Source: a virus. From it: DNA of 64,000 nucleotides. This document shows positions 16,841 through 25,676 of this stretch, piece after piece. The DNA lies in the IMG/VR virus record IMGVR_UViG_3300045988_160093; one strand, written 5' to 3'. The notes under the pieces are model-generated. The model was not told the DNA's origin. It made no database searches and saw only the letters and a list, made by a program, of their open reading frames with translations. Each line of letters begins with the position of its first letter. The stretch's first letter is position 1. The translations under genes and the position numbers were made by a program.

Positions 16841-17161
16841 CTAATCTTTTATACGGTCTGGAACGTCTGGATGTTCTGGATATTTGTTGTATCTTTTCAG
16901 CTCGGCTTCGAGCATCGTAATGCTGTCAAGACCGATTGAAATCCTGCCGACAAAGTTGATGAACTTGATGATGTCGGGGAGGTCAAGGAAGGTGATTTCA
17001 CATTCACAGAAATGAAATGCTTTGCCTCTTGCGTGTATATCCCCTGCCTCATTCAGATATTTTACCTTGAACCCATCTTCCAACAAACGGTATATCAAGG
17101 AACGTTCTACACCCATCAATCCGAATTCGGGTGGGAACTGGTTGAGTTTGTATGTTGTCAT
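16841..17161 (-). CDS. hypothetical protein
   Basis: ATG start; C-terminus is YPEHPDVPDRIKD. Confidence 0.5.
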   Translation of the reverse strand: MTTYKLNQFPPEFGLMGVERSLIYRLLEDGFKVKYLNEAGDIHARGKAFHFCECEITFLDLPDIIKFINFVGRISIGLDSITMLEAELKRYNKYPEHPDVPDRIKD

Positions 17162-17168
17162 AATGTTG

Positions 17169-17459
17169 CTATTTTATTCCAATTGATAAAACATTGGAAA
17201 GTTTTTCTACCTTCTGTGTCAGCTCATAGTTCTGCTTGTTGAGCCTGTCTCTTTCAGCTCTCGCCTTGCCGATGTTGACGTGGGCTATGATTACCGAAGC
17301 AATCAGAATCGTTACAATCCATACGTATGGAAAGCGCCTTATACAGGCATCGAGCAGCCTGCCGATGGAGCCGACGGTCAGCCAGATGCCCTTGGCTATC
17401 AGTTTCAGTCCCTTGCGCAATGAGGCAGAGGGAGTGAATGTAATTGTCTGTTCTGTCAT
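17169..17459 (-). CDS. membrane protein
   Basis: PYVWIVTILIASVIIAHV hydrophobic helix. Confidence 0.5.
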   Translation of the reverse strand: MTEQTITFTPSASLRKGLKLIAKGIWLTVGSIGRLLDACIRRFPYVWIVTILIASVIIAHVNIGKARAERDRLNKQNYELTQKVEKLSNVLSIGIK

Positions 17460-17463
17460 AGAA

Positions 17464-17658
17464 TTAAAGTTTTATTGTTTTGTTTCTCACTACAAAGAAG
17501 CCTCCGTCGATGCACTTCTGGAATGCCTCTTCATCACCATCGTCGATGGTGGCGATGCTCTCTCCGTTTACCGTAGTACCGGTGATGTGAAAGCGCCGCT
17601 TTATTTTATCCAGAGCGTTCCGGCTCAGTCTTCTGTGCCAATAGATAACTTTCTGCAT
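17464..17658 (-). CDS. hypothetical protein
   Basis: ATG start. Confidence 0.45.
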   Translation of the reverse strand: MQKVIYWHRRLSRNALDKIKRRFHITGTTVNGESIATIDDGDEEAFQKCIDGGFFVVRNKTIKL

Positions 17659-18233
17659 ATCCTGTCCTTTATCTCCTGTATTCTTTTTCTCTCCTCATCC
17701 GTCATGTTTCTGAATCTTTCAGCATCGTCAGAGATTTTCTGCTGTAGTTCCTCTTCTTCACGCTTTGCATAAGCGGCATTGCGGTAAGGGATAAACCTTT
17801 CACGCAAGAGAGTAAGAATGTCGACCGGAGTAGGATAGAACGAGCCATAAGCCCCATTCATCAGACCATTGAGGAACAGCATGATTTCAGAAACTTTCAG
17901 ATAATAGAACTCCTGCACCATTGCGGTGGCAGTATATTCAATCTGCTGGACACTCATGCGAGAGGAGAAAAAAGAAATCTCGTTGACGTAAGACAAATGT
18001 ACCATCAGCAGTTGGATGGAAGAAGAATCGCCATAAGTGTTGTTTAGAGTTACGAGAGTAGGGGAAGTTCCGAACAGGCATCTCTCCTTGTATTTCCCGA
18101 CAGTGCTGATGCAATCCGGGGAATATGCCTTGCAGAAGGAAGAGAAGGTCGGAAACCTATCCCTTAAAGGAAGCGTCGTATCGCTTGATGTCGTCGATAC
18201 GCCGTGCGACTGCACCAATTCTTTGTCTGACAT
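17625..18233 (-). CDS. hypothetical protein (possibly replication-associated)
   Basis: ATG start; position next to the recombination/replication genes. Confidence 0.5.
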   Translation of the reverse strand: MSDKELVQSHGVSTTSSDTTLPLRDRFPTFSSFCKAYSPDCISTVGKYKERCLFGTSPTLVTLNNTYGDSSSIQLLMVHLSYVNEISFFSSRMSVQQIEYTATAMVQEFYYLKVSEIMLFLNGLMNGAYGSFYPTPVDILTLLRERFIPYRNAAYAKREEEELQQKISDDAERFRNMTDEERKRIQEIKDRICRKLSIGTED

Positions 18234-18546
18234 TATCTTTATAAATTAGTTCGTCCTCCCAACATCTGTTTCTGAGGAACGTTTCAAGGTTCTTTCTATA
18301 TTGTTTGTCCGGTTGAGCCTCTACATACAGAGGAACATAATCGAGGCATTTCCGCTTGTCGGTGCGAGACATTTTCCGCCACAACTTCAAGCATTTCTGC
18401 TTGCCCACCTTCTTCTGATACAAATTCCACAGAGTTTCAAAATCGCCGTCTGAAATCTCCACCATACCATCGTCAGAGGCAGGTGGAGAGATTTCGTAAC
18501 CGTGGCTTTCAAGCAGCCTGATAGCTGCCAGAATATCATCATTCAT
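18157..18546 (-). CDS. hypothetical protein with an FxxxWxxYxKKxGK motif
   Basis: Internal ATG chosen (MNDDILAA), 1 nt after the stop of the upstream gene; FETLWNLYQKKVGKQKCLKLW. Confidence 0.45.
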   Translation of the reverse strand: MNDDILAAIRLLESHGYEISPPASDDGMVEISDGDFETLWNLYQKKVGKQKCLKLWRKMSRTDKRKCLDYVPLYVEAQPDKQYRKNLETFLRNRCWEDELIYKDNVRQRIGAVARRIDDIKRYDASFKG

Positions 18547-18547
18547 A

Positions 18548-18859
18548 TCAGAACGGTAAATCCTCCTCGTCCTTATGACTTGGAGCGGGCGAAGCGGCAA
18601 TCTCTTCGGCAGACGGCTTCTGAGGATTGTCGTTCCATTCACGGAGGTCACCGATTATATATTTAGAGCGTTCCTCTTTCGGGGTGCCCTTCGGTGCGAT
18701 GCTGATATAGTGAGTGTCGCCATAACGGGACGGTTCTTTACGTTTGCTGATTGTCAGCTGCAAGATAGGACGGGTGGTGCCATCCTTGAAGTCCACCATC
18801 TTGATGAGCTTCTTGTCGATTTTGGACAGGTCTATGCTGCCCAGGAAAAAATCACTCAT
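18548..18859 (-). CDS. single-stranded DNA-binding protein candidate
   Basis: The acidic C-terminal tip KDEEDLPF resembles the SSB interaction tail (DDDIPF type); sits in the recombination module. Confidence 0.5.
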   Translation of the reverse strand: MSDFFLGSIDLSKIDKKLIKMVDFKDGTTRPILQLTISKRKEPSRYGDTHYISIAPKGTPKEERSKYIIGDLREWNDNPQKPSAEEIAASPAPSHKDEEDLPF

Positions 18860-18863
18860 ATTA

Positions 18864-19298
18864 CTAAATCATTGATTGGTTTCTTTCTATTTCTCTCTCA
18901 CAGAACTTGATGCTTTGCGTATCTTCCGGGTCAGGAATCTCAATACCGCCGATGGAAGACCAAGCCATGAAATTCCTGATAGCCGAAGACATCTCCTCGG
19001 AAGACAATTCAGAAGAAGACCTGTAGGTCTTTATCGTGTTGCCCAATCGGTTCTGCTTGGTTCTCTCGAAGATATGGGGACAAGCCTGACGCTTCATGTA
19101 AATCTCCGAAGCTTCGGTTTCAGTACAACCATACTGACAGGCGAAATAGCGGAGCATGAAATGATAGAAGCGGTTCTGTTGGGAGGTACGCACCTTACGT
19201 GGGTGACGAATTTCAACTTTACGTTTCTCCTGACAAGCCTTTTCAAAGACCGCACAGGCATCGAGATAGTCACGGGGGTCGTTAAGGTCGTAAATCAT
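18864..19298 (-). CDS. NinB/Orf-like recombination mediator candidate
   Basis: RTSQQNRFYHFMLRYFA resembles the NinB R-x-x-QN motif; ATG at 19298 preferred over the TTG at 19322. Confidence 0.45.
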   Translation of the reverse strand: MIYDLNDPRDYLDACAVFEKACQEKRKVEIRHPRKVRTSQQNRFYHFMLRYFACQYGCTETEASEIYMKRQACPHIFERTKQNRLGNTIKTYRSSSELSSEEMSSAIRNFMAWSSIGGIEIPDPEDTQSIKFCEREIERNQSMI

Positions 19299-19518
19299 CG
19301 TCGGTAGGTATTGTGTTGACAATTCTCTGGAAGATGTTTCTATTGATCAAGAACTTGTTGAAGGCTTTCAGATACAGGATTTCCTCATTCAAGCTCTTGA
19401 TAAGTTTCTCGTGTCCTTCAAGGTCGTCCTTGAACTGCGCTCTCTGAACGCCGATAAGATGGCGCAGGCGCTTCACTTCATCATTGATGTTCTTTGTTTC
19501 GTTCTTCTTGCTTCTCAT
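19282..19518 (-). CDS. coiled-coil hypothetical protein
   Basis: ATG start. Confidence 0.45.
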   Translation of the reverse strand: MRSKKNETKNINDEVKRLRHLIGVQRAQFKDDLEGHEKLIKSLNEEILYLKAFNKFLINRNIFQRIVNTIPTDDDLRP

Positions 19519-19522
19519 AAGT

Positions 19523-20239
19523 TTACAATATTATGGTTTCATTCTTTTTTGCTATATATGTAGGGACCGCAAAACGAGAGGCAACCCTTTTCTTGAAGAG
19601 CTTCGCATCAGAATTGCGTGACGAGAGATGTATGAGGATAATGTTACGACTCTTCTCAGCGTGGCAGCGAGAAAGATTCAGAATACAATTGTCGAGCGAC
19701 ATGTGTGAAACCATGAGGCGCCTGCGCTGTCCTTCATCAATAACCCTCTTGCGCACGTTCTCGGCAAGAATATCGTCGTGATAGTTAGCCTCCAGCAACC
19801 AGTGGTCAACGTTGGCAAACTCATACGGCAGCGTGTAGGTGTCGGTAGCGAAGAGCATCACTCCCATATCCTTGTGGTGTATGAGATAACCGAAATTAGG
19901 CACATCGTGCTTCACGTTGAACGGAGTGATGTGATAGCTACCGAAAGCATAAGTCCTGCCAGCCTGCATCACACAAGGATTGGCAACAGACTTCTTGTCG
20001 GCGACATCCTGATTACACCCTACAGGAAATCCCATCTTGCGGTATTCCGTGATATGGGAAGAGTGGTCGCCGTGAGCATGGCTTACGATGCACCCGGAGA
20101 TACACGACACTCTGTAGTCGATACCTTTTAGCATAGCCCTTGCCTTCACACCTGCTTCAATCAGTAAAATCTCGTCATCGTCAGAAATCAGGGCGTACCC
20201 GTTACCCGACGACGACGAGCTAAACACACGTAGTTTCAT
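19523..20239 (-). CDS. metallo-beta-lactamase-fold hydrolase (likely nuclease partner of RecT)
   Basis: The HxHxDH motif (SHAHGDHSSH); its ATG overlaps the RecT stop. Confidence 0.8.
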   Translation of the reverse strand: MKLRVFSSSSSGNGYALISDDDEILLIEAGVKARAMLKGIDYRVSCISGCIVSHAHGDHSSHITEYRKMGFPVGCNQDVADKKSVANPCVMQAGRTYAFGSYHITPFNVKHDVPNFGYLIHHKDMGVMLFATDTYTLPYEFANVDHWLLEANYHDDILAENVRKRVIDEGQRRRLMVSHMSLDNCILNLSRCHAEKSRNIILIHLSSRNSDAKLFKKRVASRFAVPTYIAKKNETIIL

Positions 20240-21141
20240 CAAATCGGGCAGTCTTCTACAGGTTTAGATTCCTCCTCCTTGATTTCGACAGCCTGAGCAT
20301 CGAAAACAGGTTTGGTTTCATTGTTCTCCTCGTTGCGCTGCTCAACCGCAGAAGATTCATCCTCAGCGAGAGCTGACATCATCTCGATAGACAGATAGCC
20401 ATACTTGGAAAGTAGCCGGCGAAGGACGGTCTTTATAGCCATAGAGTTGAAATCGCCTTCCCATCCGACCTTGCCCTGCTGCGGTCCGTTGACCGCCTGG
20501 TCGTTAGCCATATCACAAAGAGCGTCAACCGAAGGCAGCGGATTCTTCTCAGCGTTGCGCTTGAAAGAAGGAGAGAATTTCAAGGCATATGCAGCCATTT
20601 CACCAAGAGACATGAAGAGAGTCTTGGAAAATCCGTTTACCGTCTCGAAGTGGGCGAAATAGCCGACAACCTTTTCAGATGTCTTCTCACCCGAGAGGTC
20701 GATGGCGCCGGAGAGTTTGTCTCTGCCAACCATCTCACCCTCATACACCACATCGGCATTGATATTCTTGTACTGCCCGGTACGCATAGCCAACTGGATA
20801 TATCCTCTATAACCGAGGACTATCTGCGGAGTGGGAACGCTCTTGCGCTGAGCCTTATCCCAGTTGTTGAACACGAGGATATAGGCATATCCTAACTGTT
20901 TGTTGAGAGGCAGTTTGAGAGTCGCCGCCTTGATAGCTTCCTGTATAACCTTCTTTTGTTCACATTTCTGCAACTGCGTATCGTTAGTGAACACCTCTAC
21001 GAGTGACGTGGCGAACGTTCCTGCATTCTTGCCCAATACCTGTTTGAGCTGATTCTGAACATAAGAGCTGTTGATACTCTTCGTGAAATTCATGACGCCC
21101 ACTTGTGTAGGAGTCAAAGACTTTGTTACTTCTGTAGCCAT
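20239..21141 (-). CDS. recT: RecT-family single-strand annealing protein
   Basis: VLGYRGYIQLAMRTGQYKNI core typical of RecT. Confidence 0.8.
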   Translation of the reverse strand: MATEVTKSLTPTQVGVMNFTKSINSSYVQNQLKQVLGKNAGTFATSLVEVFTNDTQLQKCEQKKVIQEAIKAATLKLPLNKQLGYAYILVFNNWDKAQRKSVPTPQIVLGYRGYIQLAMRTGQYKNINADVVYEGEMVGRDKLSGAIDLSGEKTSEKVVGYFAHFETVNGFSKTLFMSLGEMAAYALKFSPSFKRNAEKNPLPSVDALCDMANDQAVNGPQQGKVGWEGDFNSMAIKTVLRRLLSKYGYLSIEMMSALAEDESSAVEQRNEENNETKPVFDAQAVEIKEEESKPVEDCPI

Positions 21142-21143
21142 AT

Positions 21144-23135
21144 TTATCTTACTGTTAGTTTTTCATCCTCCGAAACGAACAATCTAATCTGCTGCCCCTC
21201 TGTGTCGAGGAAATTATCATTGTTGATACTCTCAGCATTGTCAATCACAACCGGAGCGGAAATATCATAATATTTAGCAATAGCATTGCAGATGTCAACA
21301 CCAGCCATTATATATCCGGCAGAGTTGAGACCATCCGCAGCCTCTGTTCCCTTGAATGTGGCTTCACAATACGCTTCACGATTACCATTAACCAGGGTGC
21401 GGAACATCTTCCATCTGACAAGCGAGAAATGCTTGTTTACCCTATCTTCAAGGATAGAGTCGGCACGTGTCTTGTATTCAACAAGAATATCCTCCTGTTT
21501 TTCCAAGTTGGCAATCTGCTGGGCGAGGATTCTGTTCTCCTCATTAAGTTCGCTGATATATGTGGAAACCTTGTCGAACTGAACCTTGGAAGCCAGAGTC
21601 GTTGTAAGACTCTTGATCAACAAATCAAGTTCTTTCTCTTTTGAACGAGTCTCTTCATCCACTTCCTGTATAGGAGAGTCCTCGACGTTTTCAAGAGCCT
21701 TTTCAAGTTCATGAACCTTCTCGTCAGCCGAGCAGTACTTCTCATCCTCAATCAGCAAATCCCTGATACTCACATCTGGCATGGCAGGAACATTAGCGAG
21801 ATATTCGTTCTCCTTGTCAATCTCCCCGATACGGACACGGGCTTCTTCAGAGTGAATAGTGGCGCTTTCAAATTGTCGTTTCAGCTCCTCTTCGTTCATC
21901 TTTATCTTCTCAGCAACAGCACGGAGTTCAGCTATCTTGTCAGCCTTGCTTTCGTTGAACTGCGCTTTGAGTAGAGAAATTTTCTCTTTCAGCTGCTCTT
22001 CCGGAAGATATTGTCCGCAGGTCGGGCAAACATTGACGTCGTCGGGAGCCGAGAAAGAACTCCTCTGTTCCGACTCCCATTTACCACGGAAATCAACCTT
22101 CTGTTTTGTGAGGTCAGCGACAGCCTCCCGATTGTTTGCGACAATGTTTTCACACTGCTTCAAGACAACCTGCAGGTCAACCTTCTCGTTGTTATTGGAT
22201 GCAATCTTGGCGTTGGCTTTCTTGTACTCCTTCTGGGTGTCTGCAAGAATGGAGTTATATTTATCCTCGACAACCTTTTCCCTGTCGGCAAGGATGATGC
22301 GCTGCTTCTCAATATCCTCCTTGATGCGTTTTCTCTTGACGTCAGAAGGAGACAATGTCTTTTCCTCTATGATGGAAGCCCTAAGAGTGTCAAGTTCCTT
22401 TGTCTTCTCTTTAATCTGTCTTTCAATATCATCCCAATCCTGCTTTTCAGGAAGAGCCTTTTCCTGTTCCTTCAAGCGGACCGGCACCATGTCGAGTTTC
22501 TTGCGGAGTTCACGGATCTGAAACCGCAGATGCTTGTGATAGTCCTCGATGCTCTGCTTCTGCAGCTCTGCCAACAGGGGGTCGAACATCTGATTATCGC
22601 CGGTGATGTCAGACTGCTTGATTTCCCCGGCAAGACGGGAGAGAAATTCACGCTTTGTTGCCCAAGGCAGGGAGAGAAAATAAGTAGGGGAGGTTATAGA
22701 CTTGAAGACCGTCTCGTTGACTATATCATTGATATATTTGGTATAGTCGGTAGACGAAACGGACTGCCCGTCGATATAGCACTCCTGATAATTGCCGGAG
22801 AATACCGTCTCCGTTTCACCGTGAGGCTTTACCCATCGCTCCTTCAATGTTCTGCGGAGCGTCCTGTCAACACCGTCGATGCTGATTTCCAATTCAACCG
22901 AGTGGTCGAGACGGGGAATGTCGATGCCGTCAGCTCCATGGGTCTTGATGGCGAATGCCGTGCGATACAGATGATCCTTGTTGAACAGACACCATGTGAT
23001 GGCATCGAGGACCGTGGTCTTGCCAGACTCGTTGCGTCCAAAAATGTTGGTAACATCAGGAGCGAATGAGATTTCAAGATTAGGAAAAGCCTTGAAATTC
23101 TCAAGTCTGATTCTTTTAAAAAAAATATGCTTCAT
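21144..23135 (-). CDS. SMC/SbcC/RecF-like AAA ATPase with a long coiled coil
   Basis: Walker A GRNESGKTT at the N-terminus, central K/E-rich coiled coil, C-terminal VVIDNAESI (Walker B/D-loop). Confidence 0.75.
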   Translation of the reverse strand: MKHIFFKRIRLENFKAFPNLEISFAPDVTNIFGRNESGKTTVLDAITWCLFNKDHLYRTAFAIKTHGADGIDIPRLDHSVELEISIDGVDRTLRRTLKERWVKPHGETETVFSGNYQECYIDGQSVSSTDYTKYINDIVNETVFKSITSPTYFLSLPWATKREFLSRLAGEIKQSDITGDNQMFDPLLAELQKQSIEDYHKHLRFQIRELRKKLDMVPVRLKEQEKALPEKQDWDDIERQIKEKTKELDTLRASIIEEKTLSPSDVKRKRIKEDIEKQRIILADREKVVEDKYNSILADTQKEYKKANAKIASNNNEKVDLQVVLKQCENIVANNREAVADLTKQKVDFRGKWESEQRSSFSAPDDVNVCPTCGQYLPEEQLKEKISLLKAQFNESKADKIAELRAVAEKIKMNEEELKRQFESATIHSEEARVRIGEIDKENEYLANVPAMPDVSIRDLLIEDEKYCSADEKVHELEKALENVEDSPIQEVDEETRSKEKELDLLIKSLTTTLASKVQFDKVSTYISELNEENRILAQQIANLEKQEDILVEYKTRADSILEDRVNKHFSLVRWKMFRTLVNGNREAYCEATFKGTEAADGLNSAGYIMAGVDICNAIAKYYDISAPVVIDNAESINNDNFLDTEGQQIRLFVSEDEKLTVR

Positions 23136-23566
23136 CTTCTTGTTATTTGGTAAACGAAATTTTTACATACGGTTTTGTAGTGTTTTGCTATCTCCTGAAT
23201 CTCAAAGGTAGACAGCTTGTTGTTCTGATGTTTGGCAGCTTCAAGAAGGAGTAGTTTCTTCTCACCTAATTTCTCGTAGAGACCTTTTCGATAATTGTAG
23301 ATGTTACCCTCGTCAAATCTATTGCAAGCCCGGCATTGGGCGTGGCAATTGTCTTCGGAGTATCTTGTAGACATGTGCCTGCGGTTTATGTAGTGACCAC
23401 AATCGGCTTGGTCGATGGGTAGTATTCTGCCGCAAGAGATACATTTGAAGGCTCTACCTTCGTATTCCTGGGAGTCTCTTGTCCTGATGAATATGGAGAA
23501 GGCTCTGTCAGCCGCCATTATTGCTCTCTTCCTTTTTTCTATCGGGTTATCTGTTCTTCTAATCAT
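23132..23566 (-). CDS. ninG: NinG/Rap-like recombination endonuclease
   Basis: FIRTRD...CISCGR...CGHY...YSEDNCHAQCRACNRFDEGN matches the lambda NinG C-terminal pattern. Confidence 0.8.
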   Translation of the reverse strand: MIRRTDNPIEKRKRAIMAADRAFSIFIRTRDSQEYEGRAFKCISCGRILPIDQADCGHYINRRHMSTRYSEDNCHAQCRACNRFDEGNIYNYRKGLYEKLGEKKLLLLEAAKHQNNKLSTFEIQEIAKHYKTVCKNFVYQITRR

Positions 23567-23714
23567 AATGTTTTATTTTATTATTCAATAAATGGATGGC
23601 TCTCATGTGCGCTTCAAGACAATCGAGAGACATTGATGATATGTTGTCGAGGATATTGTCGTAATGTTCGTCAACCATATCCCTCAACATTCCTTTCGTG
23701 TTCAATGAAATCAT
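23559..23714 (-). CDS. small hypothetical protein (51 aa)
   Basis: ATG at 23714; 8-nt overlap with the ninG start. Confidence 0.4.
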   Translation of the reverse strand: MISLNTKGMLRDMVDEHYDNILDNISSMSLDCLEAHMRAIHLLNNKIKHYD

Positions 23715-23729
23715 ATAATAACAGTTTAG

Positions 23730-23813
23730 TGGGCGCATACGGAATCGAACCGCCAGCGGATATTTAGATTAAAATGGCTTATTGTAGTGGTGTTCCGCTG
23801 CCACTTTGCGCCC
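23730..23813 (-). tRNA. tRNA-like gene with a non-canonical central region; anticodon not assignable
   Basis: Perfect 7-bp acceptor GGGCGCA/TGCGCCC, D arm GTGG-CAGCGGAACA-CCAC, T arm GGCGG-TTCGATT-CCGTA; the 32-nt AT-rich middle gave no 5-bp/7-nt anticodon arm by hand. Confidence 0.45.
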
Positions 23814-23829
23814 TTGTAAATAAAAAGAA

Positions 23830-23846
23830 GCCCGACCCTCACGGGC
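23830..23846 (-). terminator. intrinsic terminator between tRNA-like genes
   Basis: Minus-strand GCCCG-TGAGGGT-CGGGC followed by TTCTTTTTATTT. Confidence 0.55.
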
Positions 23847-23918
23847 AGGACTCCAAAGTACGAAACTTTCATATTCGCTTGCCTCCGCTGAGGCTCTAAT
23901 CTATGTAATCTATGGTAG

Positions 23919-24000
23919 TGGCGAAGGGAAGAATCGAACTTCCTTGCTCTCAGGCTTTATATGCCATGACACACTTCCAGATGCTGCGCCGACCTTCACC
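23919..24000 (-). tRNA. tRNA-like gene with a non-canonical central region; anticodon not assignable
   Basis: Acceptor GGTGAAG/CTTCGCC (one G-U), perfect T arm GGAAG-TTCGATT-CTTCC; I could not fold the D and anticodon arms canonically. Confidence 0.4.
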
Positions 24001-24094
24001 GGTTGAGGAGCTTGTACTCCTCGAATAGAGACCCATAAAGCAGGATTTTCACCTGCAGCATGTCCTTTTCATGCTGATGTTGGTTAATATAATG

Positions 24095-24331
24095 TTAGAA
24101 TAATCTCGCTCTTGAATTGTCCATATCCTCCATGGTCCTCACCTTAAACCACTTCTTCGGGCGGTTCTTCGGTGCGTAGACAACACCGAGACCGATGTAC
24201 TGCGGACAGGAAAGATGGAACGGAGAGATGCTGCCGCCGAAAAATTCAGAACTCTGTTCACGGCAGCTGTTCTTGATGTGGCAGAACGATATGTAGTTCT
24301 GACACACGGGATGGGTATAAAAGTGTGACAT
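24095..24331 (-). CDS. hypothetical Cys/His-containing protein
   Basis: ATG start just downstream of the terminator at 24351-24380. Confidence 0.4.
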   Translation of the reverse strand: MSHFYTHPVCQNYISFCHIKNSCREQSSEFFGGSISPFHLSCPQYIGLGVVYAPKNRPKKWFKVRTMEDMDNSRARLF

Positions 24332-24350
24332 AAATTCATTTTAAATTAAA

Positions 24351-24380
24351 ATCCTCCCTATCCTCACGGACGGGAAGGAT
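24351..24380 (-). terminator. intrinsic terminator downstream of the tRNA-Trp-like gene
   Basis: Stem ATCCTCCC/GGGAAGGAT with one bulge, loop TATCCTCACGGAC, U-rich tract on the minus strand. Confidence 0.55.
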
Positions 24381-24449
24381 TGACACATAAATAAATCAAA
24401 CAAATAGTTATATGTCGAATTAGCAAAATATAATAAAAACAAAATGCGA

Positions 24450-24534
24450 TGGAGACAGGACAGGACTTGAACCTGCGTCTTGCATCAGTCTTTGGAAGAC
24501 CTGTGCATGCTCTCACCTTTTGAGCTACCCGCCT
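24450..24534 (-). tRNA. tRNA-Trp(CCA)-like gene, 85 nt, with an apparently extended anticodon stem
   Basis: Acceptor AGGCGGG/CCTGTCT (two G-U), TA-GCTC...GAGC D arm, T arm GCAGG-TTCAAGT-CCTGT, loop TTCCAAA; an extra TGCA(C)/(A)TGCA pair flanks the 5-bp anticodon stem. Confidence 0.6.
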
Positions 24535-24539
24535 CTTTG

Positions 24540-24920
24540 AATATATGATGATGAAAGCGTAAGCCGTTTGCTTTCTTGCCCCTCTTGTGTTCCCTTTATG
24601 CTCCGCTTGCATCTTTAAAAGAAAAATGCAGTTCGTTTGTCGCTACTCAGAAACACGCTGAGAGAGGACTTGCGTATAATTGTGCGTCCTTTTCACGGGT
24701 CGCGGCATCCACGATGCTCTCCGCTACTTTATTACACCTATACTATTTTGTTTCGATAAGTCAAAGATCGTTCGTCACGGAAGAGCCGTCGCCTCGCCTC
24801 GACTTCCTTATGGTTCGCCCCTTGGCTGATAGGGGCAAGGCATATACCGTCCATTTGATTGGTTCCGCTCGCCGGTCTCGCTCCGGGTTGTCAGTCTTCA
24901 GCTGTCTCGGCGGATGATTT
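24540..24920 (-). ncRNA. candidate structured non-coding RNA (about 380 nt, visibly GC-richer, many local hairpins)
   Basis: No credible ORF on either strand; hairpins include GCCCCT-atcagcca-AGGGGC, CTCAG-cgtgttt-CTGAG and CCGG-agcgaga-CCGG; lies directly upstream of the tRNA-like cluster. Confidence 0.35.
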
Positions 24921-24921
24921 G

Positions 24922-25125
24922 TCAAGGATAAAACCTGTATCTTGATTTTATCCCAGTGTCGCATTTAATGCAGTTAATCTTACCGCTTCTCGCCATGCGG
25001 CGCAGGGTTTCGGGTTTGATACCCATTTGTTGCGCCTTCTCTTCGGTAGAGAGATATTTTGGCATCGACGGGAACCGCTTGTCAAGTTCCTCTGCGACTA
25101 TTTGTCTGATTTCTTCTGCTGTCAT
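24922..25125 (-). CDS. excisionase-like HTH protein (MerR/Xis-type)
   Basis: LSTEEKAQQMGIKPETLRRMARSGKINCIK...YRF is the typical Bacteroides HTH_17/Xis-like pattern. Confidence 0.6.
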   Translation of the reverse strand: MTAEEIRQIVAEELDKRFPSMPKYLSTEEKAQQMGIKPETLRRMARSGKINCIKCDTGIKSRYRFYP

Positions 25126-25127
25126 AA

Positions 25128-25676
25128 CTAAAAATATTTTTGCTGAAACTTGCGGCGTAGGTAGTTGACTACATCTTCAGGAGTTTTCAAGAAATCTTCA
25201 TTGATAAGCATTGCAACCTGTTTTTCAAGTTCAAAGTATTCTTTCTGTTTTTCCTCCGTTCCGTATTCGTTACGGAGTTGCTTGTCGTGCTTGTTGGTGA
25301 TGATATAGTTTATACCCTTGCCGAGAATTGGCATATAGCGTTTCATCTGATGCGGAGTGCATATCCTATTCATCGCTGATGCAAGTTCTCTGTATGCGTC
25401 TCCTGCTTCATTGCGGTATGTAAGCATCTTGTCATAGACGAATTTTAAAACGTCATATTTAAATGAGGGATTTATCCACATACAGAAATCAATGAATAAA
25501 ATTGGATGCATGTATGTTCCCCCATTCCTCCCTCTTGATTTTAAATACACCATTTTTGGGGTATTTAAATTCTCTCTTTTCATTATGGTTTGGATAAACT
25601 CAACAGTTTTCGAGGATGCAAAATATTTATCCAAATGCCGTTGTGTGACTCCAGTCTGTTCATTCCATTGTTTCAA
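25128..25676 (-). CDS. KilA-N domain protein; non-ATG (TTG) start or frameshifted N-terminus
   Basis: GGTYMHPILFIDFCMWINPSFKYDVLKFV KilA-N core; a 24-codon ATG-initiated ORF (25673-25747) abuts in another frame. Confidence 0.65.
   Translation of the reverse strand: MKQWNEQTGVTQRHLDKYFASSKTVEFIQTIMKRENLNTPKMVYLKSRGRNGGTYMHPILFIDFCMWINPSFKYDVLKFVYDKMLTYRNEAGDAYRELASAMNRICTPHQMKRYMPILGKGINYIITNKHDKQLRNEYGTEEKQKEYFELEKQVAMLINEDFLKTPEDVVNYLRRKFQQKYF

Noticed and set aside
24576-24917. 113-aa + strand ORF and 67-82 aa minus-strand ORFs across the tRNA-adjacent region
   Set aside because: The composition is implausible, the + strand ORF runs against local transcription, and the region is dominated by hairpins. 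I prefer an ncRNA or leader.
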